Made by a program: the position numbers and the translations under genes
DNA from: a virus
Lineage: Duplodnaviria > Caudoviricetes
Direction: 5' to 3' (one strand)
Length of the DNA: 64,000 bases
IMG/VR virus record: IMGVR_UViG_3300021356_000018
Location: 223 to 64,222 of that record
In this document: one piece after another, positions 55,314-64,000 of the stretch
Layout of the letters: every line of letters begins with the position of its first letter
How positions within the stretch are numbered: the stretch's first letter is position 1
Notes under the pieces: model-generated
What the model saw: only the letters and a program-made list of their open reading frames with translations
Databases searched by the model: none
What the model was told of the DNA's origin: nothing

Positions 55314-57856
55314 CCAAAAAATAAATCCAATGTATCTTGTTTTTCAGAAGTCCAGCCGAGAGCTTCAATGATATGCTCGATAGGACTAAGGAATACTTTA
55401 CCGAATTGTGTTTCGTAATCTATATATCGCTCGAGTCCAAGTTCTGGCGGTAGAACAGTTGGGAATGAGATAACATTTTCACGTATCGGATTTGGTACTT
55501 TGAGATACACAAACTTTACCTTATCGCCTGACTGAATGGACTCGTATCGTTTACTGAGACCTTTGTCTTTAAGATAATGGTTAAATAATATGCAACCACG
55601 AACATGTATTGGACAACCTTTCTTGTATCCACCCTTGGTCATATACTTCTCGATATTGTCAGTACCTGAGTTACGACCAACAGCTTCTGCAGGAAGTTTA
55701 AAGAACTCTTGTTTGAAGTCTGCAATAAATTTTTGAGTCTGTTCTTCACCTTCGTTTAGAATTACGCTGAAGATTTCACGCATTTTGTCACGACATACTT
55801 CTGGCGTTGATGAACGAACTGATTCAAGTCCTGTCACACTGATTTTTGGTTTTTCGTAATGTACACCTTCTGAGTTAAGCGTATTAAGTATATATCGCTT
55901 TTTAGCAATGAAGATTGCACGGTCATTAATTTTCTCACGTTTCATTACCATCGCATTACGATAGGCACCCATATCAGATGCAAGCTTCTCGTAACCTTGT
56001 TCGATAATCTGTTCGATTTTAGTTTGGCATACTTTATCAAGGAACTCTTCGCCAGTCTTGCGATCGATGTCAGTCGTACCATAGACCTTTTCAACGAGGT
56101 CTGCAAAGTTAACGTAAATTGAGTCAGTGTCGATATAGATGATATAGTCTTTGTCTTTTGTTTTCAGTACTTTGTTGAGATAATCGTTTACAGACTTTTG
56201 TGCATATCGAATCGAGAGCTGACCTGATGTGGTAATAGCTTCAGCCATATCATTAATATAGTATAAGAAGTATATGTTTGCTGTAGCACCATAGAGTGAG
56301 TTCATCGAAATTTTTATCGACATTTGAGAATTGTGCAATTGGTTAGCTTCTGTCTTAAGCTTTTTCTTTTCTGTAGGGTCAGTTTCAACTTCAAGTTGTT
56401 GTTCAACCGCAAGCATTTGCTTTTTGATTTGAGCACGATTATTATAGTACTCATCAATAATCTCGGGAATAATACCGAGTTTATCATTACTGAAACATGC
56501 ACCATTTGCAGCAACAGAATATGATTTATTGTTATTTTTAAATTCGTCTTTAAGTACCATATCTTGAGATACATACTCACGTTCATCTTGCAAATAAGTT
56601 TCAGGTGACATATTGTATTGAAGCATCAAGTGAGGATACAGTGAGTTCAAGTCAAATGATACTACCCAAGGGTACATTGCAGGTTTAGGGTCTTTAACAT
56701 AACCACCTACAAGACCAGAACCTCGTTGACCTGGTGATTCTTTGATTGGTGGAACAATCTTGTCACTCATCAGTTTACGATAGATAATAGATTCCCATAT
56801 ACCTACAGTGCCGAATGCATCGTTATAGTTAACTCCACCACCATAAGCAACAGTCATCACAAGAGCAAGTAGAGATGTTTCCTCTTCCAACCTTTCAATG
56901 AGCTGTGTGTCTTTTAAGTTATAGTCGAGATAGAGTTGCGGGTTCTGTTCGTATAAAGCATTTAGATTACCATATTCAGAATAATCCAATTTCTTTTCAC
57001 CGAGTACAACATTCGCAATATGGTCAAGTCTGTAGGATTCTTGTGGTCCGTACTTGTAACCAAACTTTTTAAACGCATCCATATAGTCAATAACAGCAAC
57101 ACCTGAGATTGTGTAAGATGATTGTACCTTACCAAACACTTCTCGCGAATATTTACGAATATTATTCCAAGGGCTGAGTCGTTTGGATAATTCCTCACCA
57201 CATAGATTTGTAATACGAGTCACAATATACTGAATGTCAAAGTATTGTACGTTCCAACCAGTTACAACGTCCGGATAATCAGATACCCATATCTCAACGA
57301 ATCGTCTGAGTAATTGTACCTCTGAGTCAAATTTGATGAATACAATATTCTCGGGGTCGATACCAGTAATAGTTTTTGTCTTATCAAAATCTTTGCGTCC
57401 AAGCAAATAGTACAGGTTTGATTTAGATGATTTATATGCAATAGATGTGATTTCTTTGTCAGCATATTCTGTGTTTGCATACCCATCGCTGATATCGACC
57501 TCGATATCGAAGGAGACGATGTTGACTTGGTTAATGTCATAACGTACATCGTCGGGATAATTCTCTTGAATAAATTGAGCAGTATAGTTTGTGTTACCAA
57601 AGATTTTCATGCCATGAACACCTTTGTACTCTTCAGTAAATTCTTTAGCTTCACGCATTGAGCCAAACTGCTGAGGACTCAATGGTAAGTTACCTTTAAG
57701 GGAAGTATATCCCTCGTCACCAGATTTTGGTGTGTGTAAGTAAAGAGTTGGTTTGTAAGGAACGCGATATGAGAAACGTTTACCGTTTTCGTAACCACGA
57801 TGCAAGATGTTATTGCCGTAACGCTCGACTGAAGTGTAAAAAGAAGTCATACTCAT
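55310..57856 (-). CDS. gp43: Family B DNA polymerase
   Basis: FDIEV, SFDLNSLYP, KISMNSLYG, YIDTDS, AKKRY. Confidence 0.99.
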   Translation of the reverse strand: MSMTSFYTSVERYGNNILHRGYENGKRFSYRVPYKPTLYLHTPKSGDEGYTSLKGNLPLSPQQFGSMREAKEFTEEYKGVHGMKIFGNTNYTAQFIQENYPDDVRYDINQVNIVSFDIEVDISDGYANTEYADKEITSIAYKSSKSNLYYLLGRKDFDKTKTITGIDPENIVFIKFDSEVQLLRRFVEIWVSDYPDVVTGWNVQYFDIQYIVTRITNLCGEELSKRLSPWNNIRKYSREVFGKVQSSYTISGVAVIDYMDAFKKFGYKYGPQESYRLDHIANVVLGEKKLDYSEYGNLNALYEQNPQLYLDYNLKDTQLIERLEEETSLLALVMTVAYGGGVNYNDAFGTVGIWESIIYRKLMSDKIVPPIKESPGQRGSGLVGGYVKDPKPAMYPWVVSFDLNSLYPHLMLQYNMSPETYLQDEREYVSQDMVLKDEFKNNNKSYSVAANGACFSNDKLGIIPEIIDEYYNNRAQIKKQMLAVEQQLEVETDPTEKKKLKTEANQLHNSQMSIKISMNSLYGATANIYFLYYINDMAEAITTSGQLSIRYAQKSVNDYLNKVLKTKDKDYIIYIDTDSIYVNFADLVEKVYGTTDIDRKTGEEFLDKVCQTKIEQIIEQGYEKLASDMGAYRNAMVMKREKINDRAIFIAKKRYILNTLNSEGVHYEKPKISVTGLESVRSSTPEVCRDKMREIFSVILNEGEEQTQKFIADFKQEFFKLPAEAVGRNSGTDNIEKYMTKGGYKKGCPIHVRGCILFNHYLKDKGLSKRYESIQSGDKVKFVYLKVPNPIRENVISFPTVLPPELGLERYIDYETQFGKVFLSPIEHIIEALGWTSEKQDTLDLFFG

Positions 57857-57879
57857 ATTATTCCATATTGTAGGGTACT

Positions 57880-57908
57880 ATTATAACACGTTGTGTGGAA
57901 TTTGTCAA
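57880..57908 (-). promoter_or_regulatory. Sigma70-type early promoter
   Basis: TTGACA-N17-TATAAT, extended -10. Confidence 0.9.
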
Positions 57909-57913
57909 CCGTT

Positions 57914-59626
57914 TTATGCGGCAATCTCACTAAAGTTTTTCACCTTTTGGAACGTGATACTAGTGTCAAATTTCTCTGCAAATTGGTCGCCTCTATGTGA
58001 GATAACAAAGATATTGTCATCAGCATTCAAGCTATGCAGAGTTTCAATTAAACTTTCGATACCTACACTATCAAGTGCACCATCTAGAGTTTCATCAAGT
58101 ATGAGAAGGTTGGTTGATACTGAGTTACGTAGTTTGGCAACTGAACGCCATGATAACATAATACTCAATGTGATACGAAGCTTCTCACCTTCTGAAAAAG
58201 AAGCATAAGAGAACTTATCTCTAAATCTAGATTTGATAATCTCATTAAAGTTCTCGTCAAGTTGGAAATCAACGAAGAGGTCAAACGCAGCTAAATATTT
58301 GTTTATAAGCTTATTCATAACTGGAATATACTGACTGATGATACGAGCTTTGATGCCACCATCTTGTAGTATTGTTCTAACAACATTCAGCACTTCACGT
58401 TCTTCTAGAAGTTCTGTTCTTTGCTGTTGTTTCTTCTCTAAGTCTTTTTCTAATTTTAAAAGTTTACTAGTGTCAACTTCATCAACTTCACGTTGTGCAT
58501 CATCTAATTCTTTTTTCATAGCGATCAAAGCATTCTTAGACATCTTAATTTCAGCACGATGTTCTGAAATCTTAAAGTTAACATTTTGAATTTCTGTTTC
58601 GATTTTAGATATTGAGTTGAGTCTGTCTTGGTGAGTTTTAATAACACCAGCTGTTTCTACAAGACCTTTTTCAATATCATCTTTCTTTGTATTTTTCTCA
58701 TTAATTTGGTCTTGTTTAAAGTCGTGTTCAATACCTTGTTTACAGGTTGGGCAATTGTCATGGTCGTGATAAAAGGATAACTCTTTTTCGTATGCAATAC
58801 GCTGTCGTTCGAGTTCTGTTCTCTTTTCTGTTGCCTCTTGGAATTTTTGTTTCTCATCTGCTTTATCAGATATATCATCATAAAGAGTTTTAATAATCTC
58901 ATCTTGCGCATCAATCATTTTGTTTTTAGATTCTACAGCATCGATTTCAACACCCATACGCTCTTTGATTTTAGATACTTCAACTTCTTTAATCTTACGA
59001 ATCTCTTCGTTGTTCTCTTTAGCACTTTCAATTTTAGATTCTGTTAACTCAATCTTATATGAATTGTCATTGATATCATCAGTTGTTGCTTTCATCTGGT
59101 CTTTAGCTAACCAACCCATTGTACTGAATACTTGAATGTCAAGCAAATCTTCAATGATATCTCGTCTTGCTCCTGCATGTAACTCCATAAATGGAACATA
59201 GGTAGCTGAACCGAGCACAACAATTTGGTTGAAGGATTTGTAATTAATACCAATGATAGATGTTTCTAGATACTCTTGGTAATCTTTCTTTGCAGCGTCT
59301 TGGTTAATGAGTTGACCATCTTGATAGATTTCAAATACAACAGGTCTCATACCTCGTTTCACCATGTAGTTTTTACCACCAACAGCAAAATAAATCTCAA
59401 CCAATAATTCTTTGTTATTGATTGTGTTAATTAACTGACCTTTATTGACTTTACGAAATGGCTTTCCGTATAAGCCGAAAACAATAGCATCGAGCAATGT
59501 GCTTTTACCTGAACCATTAGAACCACTAATAAGTGTGGTAGGTTTAGTATCAAAGTCGATTGTGGTAAAATTGTTTCCTGTGGATAATATGTTTTTGTAT
59601 TTAATCTTCTTAAAATGTATTCGCAT
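57914..59626 (-). CDS. gp46: Recombination endonuclease ATPase subunit (Rad50-like)
   Basis: GSNGSGKST, CPTC hook, FSEGEK, LDE, ISH. Confidence 0.98.
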   Translation of the reverse strand: MRIHFKKIKYKNILSTGNNFTTIDFDTKPTTLISGSNGSGKSTLLDAIVFGLYGKPFRKVNKGQLINTINNKELLVEIYFAVGGKNYMVKRGMRPVVFEIYQDGQLINQDAAKKDYQEYLETSIIGINYKSFNQIVVLGSATYVPFMELHAGARRDIIEDLLDIQVFSTMGWLAKDQMKATTDDINDNSYKIELTESKIESAKENNEEIRKIKEVEVSKIKERMGVEIDAVESKNKMIDAQDEIIKTLYDDISDKADEKQKFQEATEKRTELERQRIAYEKELSFYHDHDNCPTCKQGIEHDFKQDQINEKNTKKDDIEKGLVETAGVIKTHQDRLNSISKIETEIQNVNFKISEHRAEIKMSKNALIAMKKELDDAQREVDEVDTSKLLKLEKDLEKKQQQRTELLEEREVLNVVRTILQDGGIKARIISQYIPVMNKLINKYLAAFDLFVDFQLDENFNEIIKSRFRDKFSYASFSEGEKLRITLSIMLSWRSVAKLRNSVSTNLLILDETLDGALDSVGIESLIETLHSLNADDNIFVISHRGDQFAEKFDTSITFQKVKNFSEIAA

Positions 59627-60687
59627 TATAAACTAAGGGCCTCATGATATAAGTCGTCGATAACTTGTTTGATACGAGTTTTGTCAACTTGGGTCTCTAT
59701 ACTATCTATATACTGGTGAAGGATTTCCCCAGTGTCTTTAGTTTCGTCGAGTACCTCGTCAACACCAACATGTTCAAGGTTAAGGTTATCGTCTATCGCT
59801 TTCACATCAACCGCACCGGATTCACTCATTCGACTCATAAACAGGTCGTAGAGATAAGCATTGGTACGATTCTTCACTATAACTTTTACAAATGTATCTT
59901 TATACTGGTCAACATCAAAATTAGCTACATCATCGACAGTCCAGTTGGAATCATCATAATCAATTTTGTAAAAAACTTTGTTTGGATTTTCGTGTTTGGT
60001 CATCTCTCTCGTTTCAGTATCAAACACATGGAATCCACGGCTACCATTATAGTCTGACCAAGTCATTTCATAAGGAGCTCCGAGATATTCTACATTGCCA
60101 TAACGAGATGGGTGGTGGAAGTGACCAGAGTAAACATCTTCAAAATGTTTGAATACTTCCATTTCTGTACCATGAGTACAAGGAACACCTTTGAGCATTT
60201 CAAATCCTTTCACTTCAAGGTGACCCATAACAACATCAGCTTTAGATTCAGCTAACATTTTGTAATTGTATTCTGCGTTCTGTTTATTAATCCAAGGTAA
60301 CATCAAGAATGTTGTCGAGCCAAGAGTTAAGTGTTCAGCTTTATCTTGGTATAGATTAAAGTTTTCATAGTCTTGCAATAACAAATTCATACTATTAATG
60401 TCATTCGTATTTGTATAGAATATGTCGTGGTTACCAATCAATGCATGAAAATCAATATTACGTTTGTCAAGCTCATCAAAAAAGAACTCACGACAGCGTT
60501 CCAAACTTACAAAGTTAACATACTTTCTTCGGTCAAAAGTGTCACCAAGGTCAAATACAGTAGTAATATTATGTTCGTCTACATAAGGGAAAAATACTTC
60601 TTGGAAAAACTTTCTTTGTACTTCGTGAAATACACGACTATCTCCTCTAGCACCGAAATGTAAATCGGTAACAATCGCAATTTTCAT
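59626..60687 (-). CDS. gp47: Recombination endonuclease subunit (Mre11-like)
   Basis: TDLHFG, LGDTFDRR, GNHD, SGHFH. Confidence 0.97.
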   Translation of the reverse strand: MKIAIVTDLHFGARGDSRVFHEVQRKFFQEVFFPYVDEHNITTVFDLGDTFDRRKYVNFVSLERCREFFFDELDKRNIDFHALIGNHDIFYTNTNDINSMNLLLQDYENFNLYQDKAEHLTLGSTTFLMLPWINKQNAEYNYKMLAESKADVVMGHLEVKGFEMLKGVPCTHGTEMEVFKHFEDVYSGHFHHPSRYGNVEYLGAPYEMTWSDYNGSRGFHVFDTETREMTKHENPNKVFYKIDYDDSNWTVDDVANFDVDQYKDTFVKVIVKNRTNAYLYDLFMSRMSESGAVDVKAIDDNLNLEHVGVDEVLDETKDTGEILHQYIDSIETQVDKTRIKQVIDDLYHEALSL

Positions 60688-61284
60688 TTAATCTCCAGTG
60701 TTCAGGTCTAATACTTCTTCTGCCTGAGCTTTTTCTTTTTGTGCCATAGCATTAAGATATGTCATGGCTTCTCGCATTTTCTTTCTTTGTTTTTGGATTT
60801 TATTTTTCTTAGTCGTAGCTCTATCCCATTTGAGACGAGATACTTTTTCTTTAAATACTACCCCGTTAAGGTGGTCAAACTCATGCAAGAAGCATCGAGC
60901 ACCATATCCATCAAGTGTTCCGCTTTGTTTCTCACCATGTTCATCTAGCCATTCAGCTGAAACTGTTTTTGGTCTAGCAATATTTAAGAACATGTCTGGA
61001 AAGCTTAGACAACCTTCTGGCGCCAATTCTGTTTCTTCACTAAAGGAAAGTATCTTTGGATTGATTACCATGATAGCAGATTCTCTTGTTTCTCCAATTA
61101 CGAAGCAACGCATGTTCAAACCAACTTGTGGAGCAGATAGGCCAATACCTTTCTTATTTACCATCAAGTCAACCATTTGTTCTTTCAAGTCTGCAGCATC
61201 TGCGAATATTTCTTTGACTTTATCAAAATCAAAATCTTCCATTCCTTTCCCAAGAATTGGGTCGGGGTAGTATACTAATTTCAT
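60688..61284 (-). CDS. def: Peptide deformylase
   Basis: GIGLSAPQVG, EGCLSFP, HEFDHLNG. Confidence 0.97.
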   Translation of the reverse strand: MKLVYYPDPILGKGMEDFDFDKVKEIFADAADLKEQMVDLMVNKKGIGLSAPQVGLNMRCFVIGETRESAIMVINPKILSFSEETELAPEGCLSFPDMFLNIARPKTVSAEWLDEHGEKQSGTLDGYGARCFLHEFDHLNGVVFKEKVSRLKWDRATTKKNKIQKQRKKMREAMTYLNAMAQKEKAQAEEVLDLNTGD

Positions 61285-61706
61285 AATTTACCTTCTTCTC
61301 TCATTTTAGCTCTAATTTTTGTAGCACTGATGTTATGTACATCTTCGCCTAGGTCGTGCTCTGTAAATGTATAACCAACACCTCGACCATAACTAATGTC
61401 TACGATGTTTGGTACGGCCATAATCATATATTCACGACCTTCTTCATAACCTGCTTCGCCTAAACCTTTTTTAATACCATCAATAACAGCAATCTCACCA
61501 AAGGGATTGTCTGTCTGTGCAACAGTACGACCAGCTCCAGCATCGCCTTCGATGCCAAATACTTCACGTACCATTATAACAACTTGTCCTGTAATTGTCA
61601 AGGCTTTTTCGAATAATTTTGTGTGACCTTCATGCCACGGTTGCCATCTACCCAACATTTGCACTGTTGGTTTCTTAAAATCGAATGCATCTTCCATTTC
61701 AAACAT
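61281..61706 (-). CDS. HxGH nucleotidyltransferase (cytidylyl/adenylyltransferase fold)
   Basis: GRWQPWHEGH, NPF, ISATKIR. Confidence 0.8.
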   Translation of the reverse strand: MFEMEDAFDFKKPTVQMLGRWQPWHEGHTKLFEKALTITGQVVIMVREVFGIEGDAGAGRTVAQTDNPFGEIAVIDGIKKGLGEAGYEEGREYMIMAVPNIVDISYGRGVGYTFTEHDLGEDVHNISATKIRAKMREEGKL

Positions 61707-61918
61707 TACTCTTTTACTCCAAATTTTATGTAGTTATACCATAAGCGTTCATGCCCATAATACAATACAAATTTTATTACTATATCAGCAAGAAAAACTG
61801 CGCCAACTGCTTTTTGGGGTAAACCAAAGTATAGTGCAATGCCAGCTGTAGTTATACTTGCAATGATTCTCCATGTAACTGCTTTAGCTAAATGTCTTGA
61901 TTTTGTTACTTCACTCAT
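61706..61918 (-). CDS. DUF2061 membrane protein
   Basis: RHLAKAVTWR, LYYGHERLW. Confidence 0.85.
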   Translation of the reverse strand: MSEVTKSRHLAKAVTWRIIASITTAGIALYFGLPQKAVGAVFLADIVIKFVLYYGHERLWYNYIKFGVKE

Positions 61919-62327
61919 ATTTTGCTTTGATTACATTTGCCATTGAAACGTGAGTGTCAGGCATCCACGTATGTACAATATGGTCTACAACTTGTGGCGC
62001 TTCAAAGATTTTATTAGTATCTTCAAATCGTCCTTCCTTAATTGTATCCATCCAGACTAAGTAATCTGCTCCAAAATCTACTCGAGCTTTTTCGAACGGA
62101 CAAACAAAATCGGTAATAGCATATTTTCCAGCTCGAACTACACCGTCTGCGAGATATTTCATTCTCATTGCTTGTCTCATACGACCTTCATCTGTAAAAT
62201 CCCAGTCGTCATAATATTCACGTACTTGGTCAGCGTTAATCCAAACACCGCCCAAAGCCTCGGCCAACGGTTCTGCAAGATAGCTCTTACCCGAACCAGG
62301 AAGCCCGCATATTAAGATTTTTTTCAT
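61911..62327 (-). CDS. cysC: Adenylylsulfate kinase-like protein
   Basis: GLPGSGKS, NADQVR, DFTDEGRMRQ, DFVCP, FEAP. Confidence 0.75.
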   Translation of the reverse strand: MKKILICGLPGSGKSYLAEPLAEALGGVWINADQVREYYDDWDFTDEGRMRQAMRMKYLADGVVRAGKYAITDFVCPFEKARVDFGADYLVWMDTIKEGRFEDTNKIFEAPQVVDHIVHTWMPDTHVSMANVIKAKYE

Positions 62328-62821
62328 TTCTTTTCTTCGTTTCCTTTTTTAAATTTCTTTTCGAAATCATCAATGAATCGGCTTATGTACTCAGGTGGCT
62401 CATTCATTTGAATAGTTTGTGCATCACTATCTTGAAGTATGCTCTGAGTTAACATATTTTGAGAAGCTTTAAACTTAATATAAGTCTGCTTCTTTTCTTT
62501 TTGAATTCTTCGAAGGAATGCAAACCAGATAATTTGAGTAAAGTAAGCAAAGGGATTGCTACTTTTCTCTGGGTCGAAGTTGTGAATATACATTAAGCAA
62601 TTCTCAATTCCATCTGATATCATTTCTTCTTTATATGAGTAGCCAGAAAAATTTGGTTTAGTTGCAAGTCTAGTTGCAATAAGTAGAATGCACTTTCCAA
62701 TGTATTCTGGTACTTGTGGGTTTTTATCTCCAGCGTCTTCAGCTTCCTTGCATAGAGCTTTGTAATCTATCAAGGCAGCAAGTAAATCTGGATTATTGAC
62801 ATAATTTCTTTTTCTTGCCAT
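62324..62821 (-). CDS. gp55: Late-transcription sigma factor
   Basis: NYVNN, PNFSGY, EMISDGIENC, NPFAYFTQI, AFLRRIQKEK. Confidence 0.97.
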   Translation of the reverse strand: MARKRNYVNNPDLLAALIDYKALCKEAEDAGDKNPQVPEYIGKCILLIATRLATKPNFSGYSYKEEMISDGIENCLMYIHNFDPEKSSNPFAYFTQIIWFAFLRRIQKEKKQTYIKFKASQNMLTQSILQDSDAQTIQMNEPPEYISRFIDDFEKKFKKGNEEKK

Positions 62822-62856
62822 TAGTATTTCCTTATGTTGGAATTTTTAAAGGTTAA

Positions 62857-62885
62857 ATTATAACATGTTTTATACAATTTGTCAA
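62857..62885 (-). promoter_or_regulatory. Sigma70-type promoter for gp55
   Basis: TTGACA-N17-TATAAT, extended -10. Confidence 0.9.
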
Positions 62886-62933
62886 CCTTTATGTTCATAT
62901 TTGAAAAAAGTTGCATTATTTTTAAAAAAAGGG

Positions 62934-62962
62934 TTGACAACTACTAAAAAGCGTGGTATAAT
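62934..62962 (+). promoter_or_regulatory. Consensus sigma70 promoter pointing antisense into uvsW
   Basis: TTGACA-N17-TATAAT with TG extension and A-tract upstream. Confidence 0.8.
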
Positions 62963-62993
62963 AAGGTTATCAACCTTTAAGGTATCTAATAAA

Positions 62994-64000
62994 CTATATC
63001 TCTACAGTGTAAATCTTATAAGGGAACTCTTCAGCTCCGTAGATTTCAATCCTCTTCTTAAAGTGCTTAAGCGTATAGTTCTCAAAGCTTCCAATAGATA
63101 AATCATCAGTAATATCATACAGAACGGCCTCGGTCGAGTCGTCAGCTTTTCTCAATGTTCTACCGATAGATTGAAGTACTTTGATTTCACTCTTCGAACC
63201 AGTAGCAAATATCACATTATCTAATCTTTTCAAATTAACACCGGTGGAGAAAACTCCGTAAGAAGCAAGTATGTCGTGCCTCTTTTCAGAATCATTCTCA
63301 ACTAAGTGTCGTATATCTTCACGTTCAGTTCCTTTGGTCCCACCATATATAAAGTGGAGCTCTCTTCCTTCTTTGCGAAGCAAAGGTTCTAAAACTTTAC
63401 CGTGTTTTTCTACAAGGTCAAATAGAATCAAATTATTCTGACCTTCTAAACTATGTACGAGATTCTTAATAAAGTTATTTCGTTTCTCGTTATTGACAAT
63501 AAACTCTCGTTCAGCTGGCCACTTTTTAGTTCCATCCAAATTTTTGAGAGCGTCTTTGAATTTCTTTCTTGTATCATTACTATGAGATAACACAATTGCT
63601 TTGACTTTAAAATCGGCAACCGTTCCTTTATCCATAAGCTCTTTTGTGTTTACGAATCGTTTGACCTCACCAAAACAACCTTCAAGTACTAACCTATGAG
63701 TTTTACTTTCTGATGATTTAAGAGTACCTGTAAATCCGTGTCTGTACTCACAGTCAGTTAATGATTCCATAATCTTGGTTAAGCTCTTTGCTTGGAACGT
63801 ATGTGCTTCATCTCCAAGTACAACTTTAAATTGGTCAAACCAATCTTTCTTTAATTTAATAAGTGATTGCCACGTCGATATAACAATCGGTGAGCTTGTG
63901 TTCTTATCAACTCCACCTTGTATTGTATAAATGTCGTTTTCATCACAGCCATAATCTATAAAGTCACCTTTCATTTGGTGTACTAGAGAAATAGTTGGTA
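62994..64000 (-). CDS. uvsW: UvsW RNA-DNA/DNA helicase (5' part outside the window)
   Basis: PTISLVHQM, STWQS, GDEAH, GFTGT, LQSIGRTLR. Confidence 0.96.
   Translation of the reverse strand, partial: PTISLVHQMKGDFIDYGCDENDIYTIQGGVDKNTSSPIVISTWQSLIKLKKDWFDQFKVVLGDEAHTFQAKSLTKIMESLTDCEYRHGFTGTLKSSESKTHRLVLEGCFGEVKRFVNTKELMDKGTVADFKVKAIVLSHSNDTRKKFKDALKNLDGTKKWPAEREFIVNNEKRNNFIKNLVHSLEGQNNLILFDLVEKHGKVLEPLLRKEGRELHFIYGGTKGTEREDIRHLVENDSEKRHDILASYGVFSTGVNLKRLDNVIFATGSKSEIKVLQSIGRTLRKADDSTEAVLYDITDDLSIGSFENYTLKHFKKRIEIYGAEEFPYKIYTVEI

Noticed and set aside
55310-57856. Introns, inteins or homing endonucleases in gp43 and other core genes
   Set aside because: Core genes are uninterrupted and of normal length; no HNH, GIY-YIG or LAGLIDADG ORF recognised
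60764-61270. 168-aa plus-strand ORF and the many other shadow ORFs opposite core genes (e.g. 170-499, 8763-9056, 57891-58208, 59665-60057)
   Set aside because: Antisense to well-supported genes, Ser/Phe-rich mirror composition, no SD or motifs

Overview
64 kb of an AT-rich T4-like (Tevenvirinae-related, marine-type) myovirus genome. 1-11 kb (+): head/tail block gp16-17-18-19-20-[core]-21-22-23 under T4-type late promoters (TATAAATA). About 11-32 kb: accessory region containing tRNA-Glu linked to hemC, then a late (+) operon with CsgF, CsgG, two curlin-like proteins, a FecR-domain protein, hemE, a CHASE2 adenylate cyclase and IscA, plus many small early genes. About 32-64 kb (-): replication and nucleotide block (rnh, ligase, regA, gp62/44/45, gp43, gp46/47, gp55, uvsW) with a dCMP-hydroxymethylase/glycosyltransferase DNA-modification cluster, bS21, Hsp20, peroxiredoxin, cytochrome c, peptide deformylase and an APS-kinase module. 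Seventeen near-consensus sigma70 promoters (TTGACA-N17-TATAAT) are visible. Best candidates for undescribed biology: (i) an apparently near-complete phage curli secretion plus cAMP-signalling operon; (ii) a dispersed tetrapyrrole/haem module; (iii) a leaderless bS21 gene followed by a structured, GGA-rich ncRNA. All calls come from motif recognition by eye, without database searches. A gammaproteobacterial host is an inference only.
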